This document shows positions 45,625 to 55,835 of a stretch of 64,000 nt of DNA, piece after piece (the stretch's first letter is position 1; each line of letters opens with the position of its first letter). The stretch comes from a virus: IMG/VR virus record IMGVR_UViG_3300011113_000257, positions 1 to 64,000 of that record; one strand, given 5' to 3'. The notes under the pieces are model-generated. The model was not told the DNA's origin, searched no databases, and saw nothing but the letters and a program-made list of their open reading frames with translations. The position numbers and the translations under genes are program-made.

Positions 45625-46098
45625 TTAGAATCTGCGAGCGCAGACCGGGCCGATACCGCGAGCAACTGATACCTCATCAGTTAATTCACGACCGCAAGCG
45701 CAACATACGCCAAACTGGATACCGTAATCGCAAGCCTGTTCAAGAGTCATCTTGTCATCAGCCGAGATAGCACGGATGTAACTAGGGTCGTACTGGAATG
45801 ACCCACCAACCAACTTGGTTGCGTATGGGCGACCTGACGACTGCGAAATCTTAACGCGGTAGACAGAACCCTCCTTAAAGTAAACGCCGACCTCAAGGGC
45901 GACAACTGGCGCGGTGGTGCGTGGCTCACGCGGTGCGTATGGAAACGACCGCAAAGCGTCAATGACGGAACTAATTTCGCGCTTGGATAGCGCGGTGATG
46001 TCGCCTAAAGAAGCGCGGAACGTGTCCGAAACTGCGCGTGAAGCGAGCAGGGACTGGGCATACGAGATTTGGCTCTCGGTGGCTTGTGTTGTGTTCAT
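45625..46098 (-). CDS. DUF6011-like Zn-finger protein, leaderless
   Basis: CCACGRELTDEVSVARGIGPVCA; -10 TAAGGT ends 6 nt before the ATG. Confidence 0.8.
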   Translation of the reverse strand: MNTTQATESQISYAQSLLASRAVSDTFRASLGDITALSKREISSVIDALRSFPYAPREPRTTAPVVALEVGVYFKEGSVYRVKISQSSGRPYATKLVGGSFQYDPSYIRAISADDKMTLEQACDYGIQFGVCCACGRELTDEVSVARGIGPVCARRF

Positions 46099-46246
46099 AG
46101 AACAACCTTATCAAACAACCTGATAAAAGTCAAGCCAACAACTCATAACTATTTTTTCCGGGCAGCGGCGGCGGCAGAACTGAAATTTTTTATTTCTCCC
46201 GCGCAAGAAAAAAATCCCCACCTTTCGGCGGGGTTCTTTCTTTGGT

Positions 46247-46366
46247 TTAGGCTCTGGTTAGAAAGCGTTTTCCCTCGTGGCGGTGGAACAATGCGATTCC
46301 GTAGCGGTGGGCTACTTCTTTTCCGCATAAGTAGCAATTTGCTTTCCCGTAAAGTTTTCCAAACAT
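46247..46366 (-). CDS. Miniprotein with CxxC (39 aa), not in ORF track
   Basis: Promoter at 46411-46439, hairpin, AGGGAG SD; MFGKLYGKANCYLCGKE... Confidence 0.55.
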   Translation of the reverse strand: MFGKLYGKANCYLCGKEVAHRYGIALFHRHEGKRFLTRA

Positions 46367-46476
46367 TTTGTTCTCCCTCTATCGGTTACTTCCTGCAACC
46401 TGATAAATCAAGTATAACACACTAACCTGACAAATGCAAGTTAGGTGCGCCAGCCGTAGCCAGCGCACCCGTAACC

Positions 46477-46821
46477 TTAAACGGCTAACCCAAATTCCTT
46501 TAGGAACTCTAATTGCTTTTCGGTAAGTCCAGTAGTTTCGCCCTGTCCGTCATTAGATGTAAGAAATACATCTCCAACGATTATGTCTGTACCAATTCCG
46601 TACTTGTCCCAGAATAACTGAGTTGCAATTCTATTTGGCTCTAGTCCAATTAGTTTGCCCTCTTCGTTTAGCCATAGGTCAATCTCTTCACCTACGACCG
46701 CGCACTCAATCCAACCGTCTACCGCGTTACGAATTACTTCGTAAGACTGTCCAACTGTGAACTCGCGAGTTTCAACTGTGCCGTCTACTCCAATGAATAG
46801 ACCCTTTGCTTTGTCGCTCAT
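46477..46821 (-). CDS. DUF3846-like protein
   Basis: AVDGWIE, LWLNEEGKL, N..AT and IVGDVFL motifs. Confidence 0.8.
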   Translation of the reverse strand: MSDKAKGLFIGVDGTVETREFTVGQSYEVIRNAVDGWIECAVVGEEIDLWLNEEGKLIGLEPNRIATQLFWDKYGIGTDIIVGDVFLTSNDGQGETTGLTEKQLEFLKEFGLAV

Positions 46822-47144
46822 TTGCTTCCCTTTCTCTGTGGTACTTCCACTAAAAAATAATAACACATCTCCCTGACATTTGCAAATTATCTTTTCCGCG
46901 TGTCCCCTGACCTAAAAAATTTCAGTTATCTAACTCAGCGCAAAAAGAACCCCGCACTTTCGCACGGGGAACTTTTTGTTTGGTTAAAGTATTTCTCCTA
47001 CTGTTGCTTCCTCGCAAGGGTCGCAAATCCAACCCTCTACTCCGTGCTGGTCAAAAGGAATCATAGTGTCCTTGCATTCAACGCATACAACGTATTTTGT
47101 CCCGTCTGTAGACGTAGCAACTAAACTATCTAATGCGTTCATCT

Positions 47145-47372
47145 TTACACCTCCCCTGCTTCTAAAGTTTCAAAGTAGTTGTTCACATCAACAATCGAGC
47201 AAGGCTCGCATTGTTCATAACCTCCGTCAAGACTGAACTTGTCTAGCGCGTTACCGCACTCTACGCACTTCTCATCTTCGCCTAGTGCTTCTTCCGCACC
47301 GCGTAGTAGCCATTCATCAAATCCTTGTAGCACTTTGCTACCTCCCTTTCTTGTATTCCCATTGTAGCGCAT
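47145..47372 (-). CDS. Small Zn-binding protein (true start likely downstream of the track start)
   Basis: CVECG...CEPC. Confidence 0.55.
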   Translation of the reverse strand: MRYNGNTRKGGSKVLQGFDEWLLRGAEEALGEDEKCVECGNALDKFSLDGGYEQCEPCSIVDVNNYFETLEAGEV

Positions 47373-47440
47373 TAGCCTGACATTCGCAAGTTACCGCGCA
47401 AAAAGAAAGAGCGAGCCTTTCGGCTCGCCCCTCCTAGAGT

Positions 47441-47851
47441 TTAGTAAGTAGCAAAGGTTCGATTAGAGCCTAAGTCCTTAGCAAATTCGTAGATGTGTTC
47501 AAGGTTGATTGTTTTGCTTTCGCCCTTGTTGTTGAAAGCAACCGTGTCGCCTTGAAAGTAACGATACTTTTCCCAACCAACCGAGATAATTACCGCAACC
47601 CAGTCGTCTTGTAGGTGTCGCTTGAATACTTCTGCCCAGTCTACCTCGACAGTTTCATCTTCTTCTTCACTCCACACACTCCATAGGTTTGCTTCACCGT
47701 CTGGGTCAGCGTCAATAAATCCGTAAAGTGTTACGCCGTCTTTCTCTTGCGTAATTACTTCAACAGGATAGTTTGCAAGTTCTGTCTTAAACGCTTCCGC
47801 GTCTTTAACTGCAAAGTAGTTGCTTCGTGCCTGACCAAAAAATTGAGCCAT
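47441..47851 (-). CDS. Conserved phage hypothetical protein
   Basis: ARSNYFAVKD...GWEKYRY; full cassette signals. Confidence 0.75.
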   Translation of the reverse strand: MAQFFGQARSNYFAVKDAEAFKTELANYPVEVITQEKDGVTLYGFIDADPDGEANLWSVWSEEEDETVEVDWAEVFKRHLQDDWVAVIISVGWEKYRYFQGDTVAFNNKGESKTINLEHIYEFAKDLGSNRTFATY

Positions 47852-47901
47852 TTCTTATCCCTTCCGCAAGTAAGCCCTTCTTACTCGCTGTATCTATAAT
47901 A

Positions 47902-48165
47902 CTAAATTACTTGACTATTGTCAAACTCTCCTTGTAAGAGTCCGCAACTTTTGCACACGAAATCATCTATCTCAAGTTCGTAAAAGTATCTGTGCTCGCA
48001 GTCTACGCGCCAAATTGAATAACACTCGCAAGCAAAACAACGGTGCTTATCTTCGCCGAGTTCGATTACCTCATCTTTTTGGATAATCCAATTACAAGTA
48101 TCACACCGAAAAGATTTCACTTTTTCATTCGAGTTGTTGCTGACGTAAATCCATTCCTCTGACAT
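47902..48165 (-). CDS. Cys-rich protein
   Basis: Three CxxC pairs. Confidence 0.6.
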   Translation of the reverse strand: MSEEWIYVSNNSNEKVKSFRCDTCNWIIQKDEVIELGEDKHRCFACECYSIWRVDCEHRYFYELEIDDFVCKSCGLLQGEFDNSQVI

Positions 48166-48265
48166 TAATCGTTCCCTTGTTCATAGCAGTTGTAGCAAGT
48201 CCAACCGCTTTCGATTAGGTCATCATCTAGCAAGTCGCATTGGCAGTTTATGGTGTCCGCGTTCA

Positions 48266-48490
48266 TTAGAACACTCTCCCATACTCGTTTTCAACTACTG
48301 ATAAATCAACAGGTGATGTAACTTCCCATTGTTCGTATGGTGTTGGGTCGTAACTATCTCGGCATTCGTTACACCATAGTTCGGGAAACCAACGGTGCTT
48401 TTTAGACATTTCGGCGATTGGAAAGTCTTGTTCGCAATCCACGCAAAAATCGTTTTCTTCTGGTATTTCAACTCCAAGCCATTGTGTCAT
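48266..48490 (-). CDS. Small Zn-binding protein
   Basis: CVDC...CNEC; AAGGAG SD. Confidence 0.65.
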   Translation of the reverse strand: MTQWLGVEIPEENDFCVDCEQDFPIAEMSKKHRWFPELWCNECRDSYDPTPYEQWEVTSPVDLSVVENEYGRVF

Positions 48491-48594
48491 TTTGTTCTCC
48501 TTTTTGTTTTCGCGGGCTATCCGCTTAGTAATACTTTATCATACTATTTTGTTTGGTGCAAGTAGTAGGGGGCTTGCGCCCCCCACCGCATTTG

Positions 48595-48765
48595 CTAAAC
48601 GTATTCACATACTAGTTCTAGTAAATCCGCGTAAGTTTCTACCCCATTTAATAAGCCGTAGATAGCGTCTGTTAGTTCTGTAGAGTTCCTGATAGTTTCA
48701 ACTAGCAAACTTTCCTCAACTAGCAAGTCACCTGCAAGACAACGAATTGTCATTTCTGCACTCAT
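48595..48765 (-). CDS. Hypothetical protein (56 aa), not in ORF track
   Basis: Promoter at 48807-48835, hairpin, SD; MSAEMTIRCLAGDLLVEESLLVE... Confidence 0.6.
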   Translation of the reverse strand: MSAEMTIRCLAGDLLVEESLLVETIRNSTELTDAIYGLLNGVETYADLLELVCEYV

Positions 48766-48839
48766 TTTGGTTTCCCTTTCTTGTAAGGAGTTTCCTTACA
48801 TTTCTAATAGTACGGACTTTCTTGACATTTGTCAAGTGA

Positions 48840-48992
48840 TTACGCAAACTCGTTTATTGCGTGTCGGCGTTGGGCAGACCTGTCACGATTACGGCGTGTA
48901 CGCCTATCCGCAAACTTTGCAGACTTTTGGTTTAGGACATAGTTCCCTCGACCTGTCACTAGATTGTCTAGTGGACTCTTGCGCTTAGCCAT
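48840..48992 (-). CDS. Arginine-rich miniprotein (50 aa), not in ORF track
   Basis: Promoter at 49016-49044; AAGGAG SD; ...KFADRRTRRNRDRSAQRRHAINEFA*. Confidence 0.65.
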   Translation of the reverse strand: MAKRKSPLDNLVTGRGNYVLNQKSAKFADRRTRRNRDRSAQRRHAINEFA

Positions 48993-49143
48993 CTCTGACT
49001 CCTTTCGATAAATCTATTGTAGCACACTTCCCTGACATTATCAAATCGAACCGCGCTCGGCGTGTCGCAATTTAATAATCTCCGTAAAAAATTTCAGTTA
49101 TGAAAATAAGAAAACCCCCACTTTTGGTGGGGGCTTCCTTGCC

Positions 49144-49452
49144 TTACATAAATCGGTGGTAGAACTCTACTACCTTTTCCCGTGCCTCTTTCCAGTCTGC
49201 CGTAGCGCAGATAGTGACTGTCTGCTCGATACCATTCACATCATCTACCCAACCTATGGCTTCATAGATAGTCACGCCGTCATCATAGTCATAGACCCTG
49301 ACTTCGGCATCTACCGTTTCGTTCATCTCGATAGTGATTGCGTTGTCTGTTACTGGGTTAAGTAGCACCCGTGTAATTCGACTTGCTGGGTGGCGTAGCG
49401 TGGCTAGAAATAATCTAGTGGTTTCGCTGTATGTTGGAATTGTAGTTTCCAC
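49144..49452 (-). CDS. Hypothetical protein
   Basis: Hairpin, SD and terminator cassette. Confidence 0.65.
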   Translation of the reverse strand: METTIPTYSETTRLFLATLRHPASRITRVLLNPVTDNAITIEMNETVDAEVRVYDYDDGVTIYEAIGWVDDVNGIEQTVTICATADWKEAREKVVEFYHRFM

Positions 49453-49585
49453 TTTTGTTTTACCCCTTTTGAGTTATCTACCGCGCCTTGCGGTATGTAG
49501 TAATCGTATCATACCTTTATGACATTTTCTGTATTTCGAGAAAATAAACCCCGCCCGTAGGCGGGGCTTATCTCGAGTATCCGCA

Positions 49586-50101
49586 TTAGCAGATAGAGAA
49601 CCCACCGCTTTCGGCTAAGAACTCCGCGAACTCGCGTACGTTCTGAACATCAAACGGGTAACTTGCTGCCCAATTCTCTTTTGAGCCAACACCGTCACAA
49701 CCATTACACCAGCCGAACTCGCGCCCGACAAGGATAGCCACTTCTGGTGATAAGGCTCGGTCAGGCTGACCCGCACTCACGCCAACTTCATCTGTACGAA
49801 TACCTGTTGAATTGCAGTGCTTACAATCCTCGCGTGGTAAATCCGCAATCTCTGCGTAGTAGTCTTTTTGGTACTGGGCGGTATGTCCTCGACCAATCTT
49901 TTCAAACAAGATGTTTGATAAAGCAATCGCGCCTTCGGCGTTTAGCCCATCTCCATCATTGTATTCACCACTTACTTCTGAAGTAAGTTCAGGTGCAACT
50001 TCAATGCAGTAATTCCAAAGTGGTCGCCACCACCATACATTGTTGCGGAAGTATTCACCGCGCTCTGTTGTCGGTGCAGTTCCAAAAACGTCCATTCCCA
50101 T
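49586..50101 (-). CDS. MGxD-start phage protein with CxxC pairs
   Basis: MGMDV...FRNNVWWWRPLW...CKHC...CNGC...SGGFSIC. Confidence 0.75.
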   Translation of the reverse strand: MGMDVFGTAPTTERGEYFRNNVWWWRPLWNYCIEVAPELTSEVSGEYNDGDGLNAEGAIALSNILFEKIGRGHTAQYQKDYYAEIADLPREDCKHCNSTGIRTDEVGVSAGQPDRALSPEVAILVGREFGWCNGCDGVGSKENWAASYPFDVQNVREFAEFLAESGGFSIC

Positions 50102-50269
50102 TTGGGTTTCCCTTCTGTAAGCAAGTCCCTCTTGCTCACTCTGTGAGTTTATCATACTAGCCTGACATTCGCAACTCAAACGAAAAACTTTTTTCGTGTC
50201 GCCATAACTGAAATTTTTTAAGTAGGCAACAAAAAATCCGCGCAATCTTCCGCGCGGACTTTCTTTTGT

Positions 50270-50536
50270 TTAGAACTTGTAGGTGATGTTAAAGTCTTTC
50301 CGCGTGAACGGGATAAAGGTTTCCCCGTACTCCACATCTCCAGCGTAATTTGTACCGATTTCGTAGCGAACTACAATCTCATCATTCTCTACGAACACGC
50401 TAACTAATTCTGAAAGATAACTTGTAGTCGCGTAATCTCTCCAGTTAGTTGTGATGTCCTCGATAGCGGTGTCTATTGTGTCATACAAAACTTCGCCGTC
50501 TACTTCGATAATGTCTATTGTTCTCACGTCTGACAT
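50270..50536 (-). CDS. Hypothetical acidic protein
   Basis: Start MSDVRT after hairpin and SD. Confidence 0.65.
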   Translation of the reverse strand: MSDVRTIDIIEVDGEVLYDTIDTAIEDITTNWRDYATTSYLSELVSVFVENDEIVVRYEIGTNYAGDVEYGETFIPFTRKDFNITYKF

Positions 50537-50655
50537 TTTGTTTCCTCTCTTTCGCAACCCCTTGTTGCTAGTACCTAGCGTACCCTACTTCCCTGACATT
50601 TGCAAGTTGAAAAAGGGGCGAGTTTCCCCGCCCCCTTTTCGTGCGCCCTCCGCGC

Positions 50656-51129
50656 TTACCAAGAACTCTTGTAAGCAAAACTCCAGCCCTCTGGAACTTT
50701 AGAGAGTATGCGCCCAAGTTGAACAAGGGTATCTTCAACCTGTTCCCAATACCACTCGTCAATCTCATACGAGCCGAAGAAGAAACCTGCTTGAGTTGGT
50801 AGCAATTCTTCCGCCAACTCTTTGTTCTTGCTTTTCCAAACTTTCATACAGACATCATTTAATTCCTGCAACTGCTCTCGGCTAACGTAATACTCCGCGC
50901 AATTATCTTCACCCTCTTGCACGTTGTCCACGAACCATTGGTGTATCTGGTTAGCCTTGCGCCAGTAGCCAACTTTTACCTTGACCGTAATTGACGGGTA
51001 CTCCTCGTTCTCGAAATCTCCTGCGCCAATCGCATCAGAAACTTTTGCGTATGCATCTCTGGTTGCTTGTTCTTGCCATTCGCCACCTGATAGGTAGTTA
51101 CTTGCATAAAGGTACTGGTCTAGTCCCAT
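50656..51129 (-). CDS. Conserved MGLD-start phage protein
   Basis: MGLDQYL, YWRKANQIHQWF, LLPTQAGFFFGS, YKSSW. Confidence 0.8.
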   Translation of the reverse strand: MGLDQYLYASNYLSGGEWQEQATRDAYAKVSDAIGAGDFENEEYPSITVKVKVGYWRKANQIHQWFVDNVQEGEDNCAEYYVSREQLQELNDVCMKVWKSKNKELAEELLPTQAGFFFGSYEIDEWYWEQVEDTLVQLGRILSKVPEGWSFAYKSSW

Positions 51130-51297
51130 TTTGTTTTCCCTTCCGTAAGCAAGTCCGTCTTGCTCACTCTGTAAGTTTATCATACTAGCCTGACATTTGC
51201 AACCTGAACGCGAAACTATTTTTTCCGCGCCCGCGCCAGAAAAAATTTCAGTTTTCAATTTGAGATAAACGCGGATTTCTCCGCGCTCTCTCGTTTG

Positions 51298-51690
51298 TTA
51301 TTCGACTTCGTTATCCGCAAGGATTTGCTTGACGGCTTCAATCGCTTCCTCTAGAGTTTCGCAAACTTCCCACCACTCATCGTCAGCCTTTGGCTCATAG
51401 AACTCAAACCAATTATTATTCACCCAGACATCTTGCTCTGCGTGTGCCGTGTTGAACTCTGCCAACTTCGTGTCCGTGTCAATCCCTGCGGAGATTAGGT
51501 CGCTTGTGTAACGCCAGACATCTCCGTTAGGTAGGTTGATACGCATCTCGCCGTTAGACCCAATGTGAAACTCTCGGTCGCCCGACTTAACTACGGCTAG
51601 AACTTCCCAGCCGTTAGTCCAGCAATAGAACGCCGAGTCTGTCTGCTCTGGGTTCTGCTCTACTAAATACTCAACCGTGTAATCCATCAC
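51298..51690 (-). CDS. Hypothetical protein
   Basis: In an operon with 51696..51965 and 51962..52279. Confidence 0.65.
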   Translation of the reverse strand: MMDYTVEYLVEQNPEQTDSAFYCWTNGWEVLAVVKSGDREFHIGSNGEMRINLPNGDVWRYTSDLISAGIDTDTKLAEFNTAHAEQDVWVNNNWFEFYEPKADDEWWEVCETLEEAIEAVKQILADNEVE

Positions 51691-51695
51691 GCCAC

Positions 51696-51965
51696 CTAGT
51701 CCTCGTCTGACTCAACTCGGACACCGCAAGTAAAACACTTTAAGTTTTCCCAGTCAGGGTACTCGTAGCAAGTATCGTGGATACAGTCGTTAGTATCGAA
51801 CACCGCGCCAAGTAGTTCCAACAAACCGTCAAGGTACTCTACGGGGAACGCTTTCATCTCGCCGTACTTTGACGGTAAGGAAACAACTCCCGACATAATG
51901 TCCTCTGAAAGTTCCGCAAGAAAGTCAAACTGCTCTTGCAACATTTCATAGTCAATGTTTTTCAT
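51696..51965 (-). CDS. Hypothetical protein
   Basis: ATGA coupling. Confidence 0.65.
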   Translation of the reverse strand: MKNIDYEMLQEQFDFLAELSEDIMSGVVSLPSKYGEMKAFPVEYLDGLLELLGAVFDTNDCIHDTCYEYPDWENLKCFTCGVRVESDED

Positions 51966-52279
51966 TTTGTTTTCTCCCCATTGAGTTCTAGCAACACCGC
52001 ATTTAGAGTGTCGTAAAGTTCTTCGTCTTTTGCGTAGTTCGCATCATTGTCAATCGCGTGAGTCCACTCATTTGTTGCCGTGTCGTAAACAGTTCCGTCA
52101 AAGTAACGAGTTTCATTTTCAATGTTCCACTTGCCTGTTTCGGTATCGAAACACACTACATAGTGATGCTGTGTAGTTGAGGGGTAGTAACCCTGCTCGC
52201 CTTCACAAGTTTTGCAGAACGGTGTGCAGTCGAAACCGCCCCCGTGTTCTGGACACTCAACCATTTCTAGTTTGCTCAT
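51962..52279 (-). CDS. Hypothetical protein with N-terminal Cys/His cluster
   Basis: CPEH...DCTPFCKTC. Confidence 0.7.
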   Translation of the reverse strand: MSKLEMVECPEHGGGFDCTPFCKTCEGEQGYYPSTTQHHYVVCFDTETGKWNIENETRYFDGTVYDTATNEWTHAIDNDANYAKDEELYDTLNAVLLELNGEKTK

Positions 52280-52373
52280 TTTGTTTCCCTTTCTTAGAGT
52301 GAGTCCCTCTCGCTCTATGATAAGTATACGCCCCTAGCCTGACATTTGTCAAATCAGGGGCGCACACCGCGTG

Positions 52374-52610
52374 TTACCAATTCAGTTCTTCGCCATTCTC
52401 GTCTTGGAAGATTAAGTCACTCGTATCTGCCGTGTGACCCCAACCGCAACTAAAGTCATTCTCAATCCACACTTCAACTCTCTGCATAATGTCCCACAGG
52501 GTTATTTCACTATGTGGAGTTTCAGTTTCCGCGTGTATGTCGTTAGCAATCTGGTTTACGTCATACGAGACAACTTTCATCACGTTAATGCGTTCTGGTA
52601 ATTCTCTCAT
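52374..52610 (-). CDS. Hypothetical protein
   Basis: Coupled to the upstream ORF. Confidence 0.65.
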   Translation of the reverse strand: MRELPERINVMKVVSYDVNQIANDIHAETETPHSEITLWDIMQRVEVWIENDFSCGWGHTADTSDLIFQDENGEELNW

Positions 52611-52777
52611 TATTTCTCCATTCCGTGTCCAACGTGGACTAATCTAATTTCTGGCTCGCCGACTTCGATTCCCCAGCCATTCTTTAGTAGTTCTAATGCT
52701 TCTTCTTCGCTAGTGCAAAGTTTAAGATTCTTAGAGTCAATCTCTAATGTCTTGATTACTTGAAACTCGTAACGCAT
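52610..52777 (-). CDS. Hypothetical protein
   Basis: Start MRYEFQ after AAGGG hairpin and SD. Confidence 0.6.
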   Translation of the reverse strand: MRYEFQVIKTLEIDSKNLKLCTSEEEALELLKNGWGIEVGEPEIRLVHVGHGMEK

Positions 52778-52958
52778 TTGGTTTCCCTTCCTTAGCAAGC
52801 CCTTCTTGCTAATAACTCTATGATACATCAATACCCTGACATTTGCAACTTGAACACGAAATTATCTTTTCCCGTGCCTTCGCTGAGTTCCGCATAAAAA
52901 ATTTCAGTTTTGTGAAACCAAGAAACCCCTAGCCTTTCGGCTAAGGGCATCTTTTGGA

Positions 52959-53135
52959 TTAGGCGGTGATTAGTCCCTCGTCTATCAAGGTGCTGGCAAT
53001 TCTGCCGTAAGAACCTTGCAGTTGCCACGCTAGTCGCGTATCAACTAGTTGCTGAAACAAGTTAATTGTTTCTTCTCTGTCAAGATTACCTTCTTCGAAC
53101 TCGATGATTAAGTTCGTGATGTCGTGTAGTGACAT
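52959..53135 (-). CDS. Conserved small phage protein
   Basis: FQQLVDT.LAWQLQGSYGR motif. Confidence 0.7.
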   Translation of the reverse strand: MSLHDITNLIIEFEEGNLDREETINLFQQLVDTRLAWQLQGSYGRIASTLIDEGLITA

Positions 53136-53227
53136 TTGCTTCCCTTTCGTATTCGCCGTACTTCGGCTTATGTAGTAAGGATACACTAAACCCCTGACAT
53201 TTGTCAAGGGCTTAGTGTCCCGTGTCT

Positions 53228-53656
53228 TTAGTCTTCTTCTTCGTACTCATCTTCGTCTTCGTCTTCGTCTTCGTCTTCGTCTTCACGGCATCTGTCGCAG
53301 ATTGAGTCATAGTCCGCGCCAGACTCGCCACATAGTTGGCAAAACTCGTCTTCGTATCCCTGTGGGATTATGCTTTCGTATCCCTCGTTAGGGTCGTCCT
53401 CGTTAGTTGCTACTGATTGCACAAACTTTAGCCCGCAAGAGCCTTCGTACCAACGCTTGACTAGGGTAAGCATTTCGTCAGGGGTTGAGTCGGTAACAAG
53501 GAAACTTCCGTCCTCGCCATAGCCCCACTCTGCACTCTGCTTGACTTGCTGGTCGTCTTTCAAGATGTAAATCTTGTGACAACCATCAAACGAGATGCCT
53601 TTGGCTTCGTCAAGTTCTGCCTTAACTTCGTCCCAGATGTCTTGGAAAGTAGTCAT
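53228..53656 (-). CDS. Hypothetical protein with CxxC pair and acidic (ED)n tail
   Basis: FDGCHKIY, WYEGSCGLKF; GTCTTC tandem repeat. Confidence 0.7.
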   Translation of the reverse strand: MTTFQDIWDEVKAELDEAKGISFDGCHKIYILKDDQQVKQSAEWGYGEDGSFLVTDSTPDEMLTLVKRWYEGSCGLKFVQSVATNEDDPNEGYESIIPQGYEDEFCQLCGESGADYDSICDRCREDEDEDEDEDEDEYEEED

Positions 53657-53889
53657 TTTGATTTCCCTTTCTATCAGTAAGCCTTTCTTGCTGATAAAAC
53701 TATCATACCACACTATCCTGACATTACCTAATCGGGGCTTTAGCGCGTGTCGCAGAAAAAATTTCAGTTATCTAAAATTACGAAACCCGTACCAAAAAAA
53801 TTTCAGTACGGGCTTCGCTTAGAAACTGTCGGAAGGCTGACACACGCTGGAAGGACGATACCCCCCGACAGGGCTTATGGGTTATTCAA

Positions 53890-55698
53890 TTATCCGTTAC
53901 GGTTTCCCATAGCGGTTAGTGCTTTCGCACACGCTTGTCCGATAGCGTTGGACGCTTCCGTTGGAGAAGCCACACCGCTTAACGGCTCTACCGTTGTCCC
54001 CCTTAGGAGACTTCTGGCACTTGAACCGTTGTCGAACGGTATCCATACTACCGCCACGCCGTTGCTCTCACACTGCGACACCCAACTCCGAGCCTTTTGG
54101 GTCTCGTCGTAAGTGTACACGCCGTCGGATACCACGACTAAAAGCCTAGCACCGTCACCGTTGAGCAGGTTCAACTCGCCGTCTATTGCCTTGAACGCCT
54201 TGTCAAACTTTTCCGTACCGTCTGGTGCTGTGTACACCGTTACGTCCGTTAAGTGCTGACCAGACTTGAGCGTAGGGAACACGTCGTCGCCGTAGTACAC
54301 CATCGCGCACTTGCCTTGGACTCGCCGAGTTGCTTCCGACATTACCCACGCCGTTGTCGCCATCGGTTGCATCGCCGAATTCATCGAACCGCTAATGTCT
54401 ACCATCACGCCGACCTTTAGTGTTGGCTCGTCCGTTGTCTTACGGACTCGCTTACGCCAAGGTTGCGCCGTTGGTTGCATACCTATCGCCTTGTGTGCTT
54501 CGTTCTGCATAGCCGAGCGAGTTCGTAGCCGTCCACCGGGAACAATGCTACGCACTTCAACAACATCGCGCTCGCGATACTTTGCACGCTCTAATGCGCT
54601 CGCCACTTTCACCGCGCTGATACGCTCGTCTGCCGTAGGCTTACGAACCTCTGTTGCATAACTACGAGTACGAGTAGATGCTGATGGACCAGTACCTCGC
54701 CCGAAAACTTCTTGAGCAACTTTAACATTCTCACGACTTTGCTTTGCACTGTCCGCGCGATTCTTAACTTCCTCTTTCCATTCCTCTGACTCCTCTTGGT
54801 CTGCAAGTTCGGAGTAGTTAGACACCGCAACATTTTCAGATGCTTCTTTCAACTTCTCAAGTAACTCTTTTAATGCTTCGCCAACTTCAGATGTAGACTC
54901 ACCACTTCCACCAGAAGTACTTTCACTACCAGAATTATCCTCGCCACGTTCGTTTGCAAGGTCGCGAACAATCTGTGCCCACTCACGCGCTAATGGATAA
55001 ACAGGTTCCATGTTTCGATGGTCTGTGTGTGTAATGAAACGCTCGATAACACTGCATAACTTTTCAACAGTTTCGTTGCCTAAGTATTCCTCTATAAATT
55101 CTGTAACCTCTAGAACATCATCACGCTCTAAAATTCCACCAATGATTCGACCATGCACTAGTCCAACTAAAGTTGCAATGTTTGAAACACTACCCTGTGT
55201 CAAATCCTCTGACTCAAAATCTGCAATAACAATTTCCATTGCACTTGAGCATAGAAATGCGCGATACCGAGCATCAAGCAAAATACCTTGTGCTTCGATT
55301 CGTGATTCCTCAAGAAGCATTAGTGCTTCGTACTCGTCTGACTTTAATGCTTCGTAAGCAGACTCTAAACTCCACTTCGAGAAACGAGCGTGAAATGCTT
55401 CGTGCATTATCGCGCCAGTTGCCTTTGGAAATTCGTACTGCGTTGAGCGTTGATTAATGTCGCTAATGTGTTCTGGCTTAATGCCAAACCCGAAAGCAAT
55501 TTCTGTGTTCACTTCAATTTCTGCAATCGCTGGCTTGTAGCACGCTGGCGCATTGCTACCTGCAACAGGAGATGCAAGTCCAACTAAATCACCGCGACCT
55601 GCGATTGAGTTTGCTAGTTGCGCAATCTGCGAACCAACTGCATACCATTCTGGATGTCTTTCACCAGAAGTCTTACTGTGTGTGTCAATGTGTGCCAT
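53890..55698 (-). CDS. HEXXH metallopeptidase-like plus VWA domain protein (CobT/MoxR-partner type)
   Basis: HEAFH...LEESRIE; MIDAS motif DISGS; VVSDG. Confidence 0.85.
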   Translation of the reverse strand: MAHIDTHSKTSGERHPEWYAVGSQIAQLANSIAGRGDLVGLASPVAGSNAPACYKPAIAEIEVNTEIAFGFGIKPEHISDINQRSTQYEFPKATGAIMHEAFHARFSKWSLESAYEALKSDEYEALMLLEESRIEAQGILLDARYRAFLCSSAMEIVIADFESEDLTQGSVSNIATLVGLVHGRIIGGILERDDVLEVTEFIEEYLGNETVEKLCSVIERFITHTDHRNMEPVYPLAREWAQIVRDLANERGEDNSGSESTSGGSGESTSEVGEALKELLEKLKEASENVAVSNYSELADQEESEEWKEEVKNRADSAKQSRENVKVAQEVFGRGTGPSASTRTRSYATEVRKPTADERISAVKVASALERAKYRERDVVEVRSIVPGGRLRTRSAMQNEAHKAIGMQPTAQPWRKRVRKTTDEPTLKVGVMVDISGSMNSAMQPMATTAWVMSEATRRVQGKCAMVYYGDDVFPTLKSGQHLTDVTVYTAPDGTEKFDKAFKAIDGELNLLNGDGARLLVVVSDGVYTYDETQKARSWVSQCESNGVAVVWIPFDNGSSARSLLRGTTVEPLSGVASPTEASNAIGQACAKALTAMGNRNG

Positions 55699-55835
55699 CT
55701 CTGGCTCCTTCCTTTTGTACGCCCCTTTGACGTACTCTGTGAGTTTATCATACCTTCTTGATATTTCCAAATTGAAGGGTGGGGAGTCGGGAAACACTCA
55801 CGAAAACCGACTCCCCTTAGCAAGGATGAAAGGGA

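Noticed and set aside
53240-53285. GTCTTC tandem repeat as a contingency locus
   Set aside because: In-frame hexamer coding an (ED)n tail; length change would not shift the frame.
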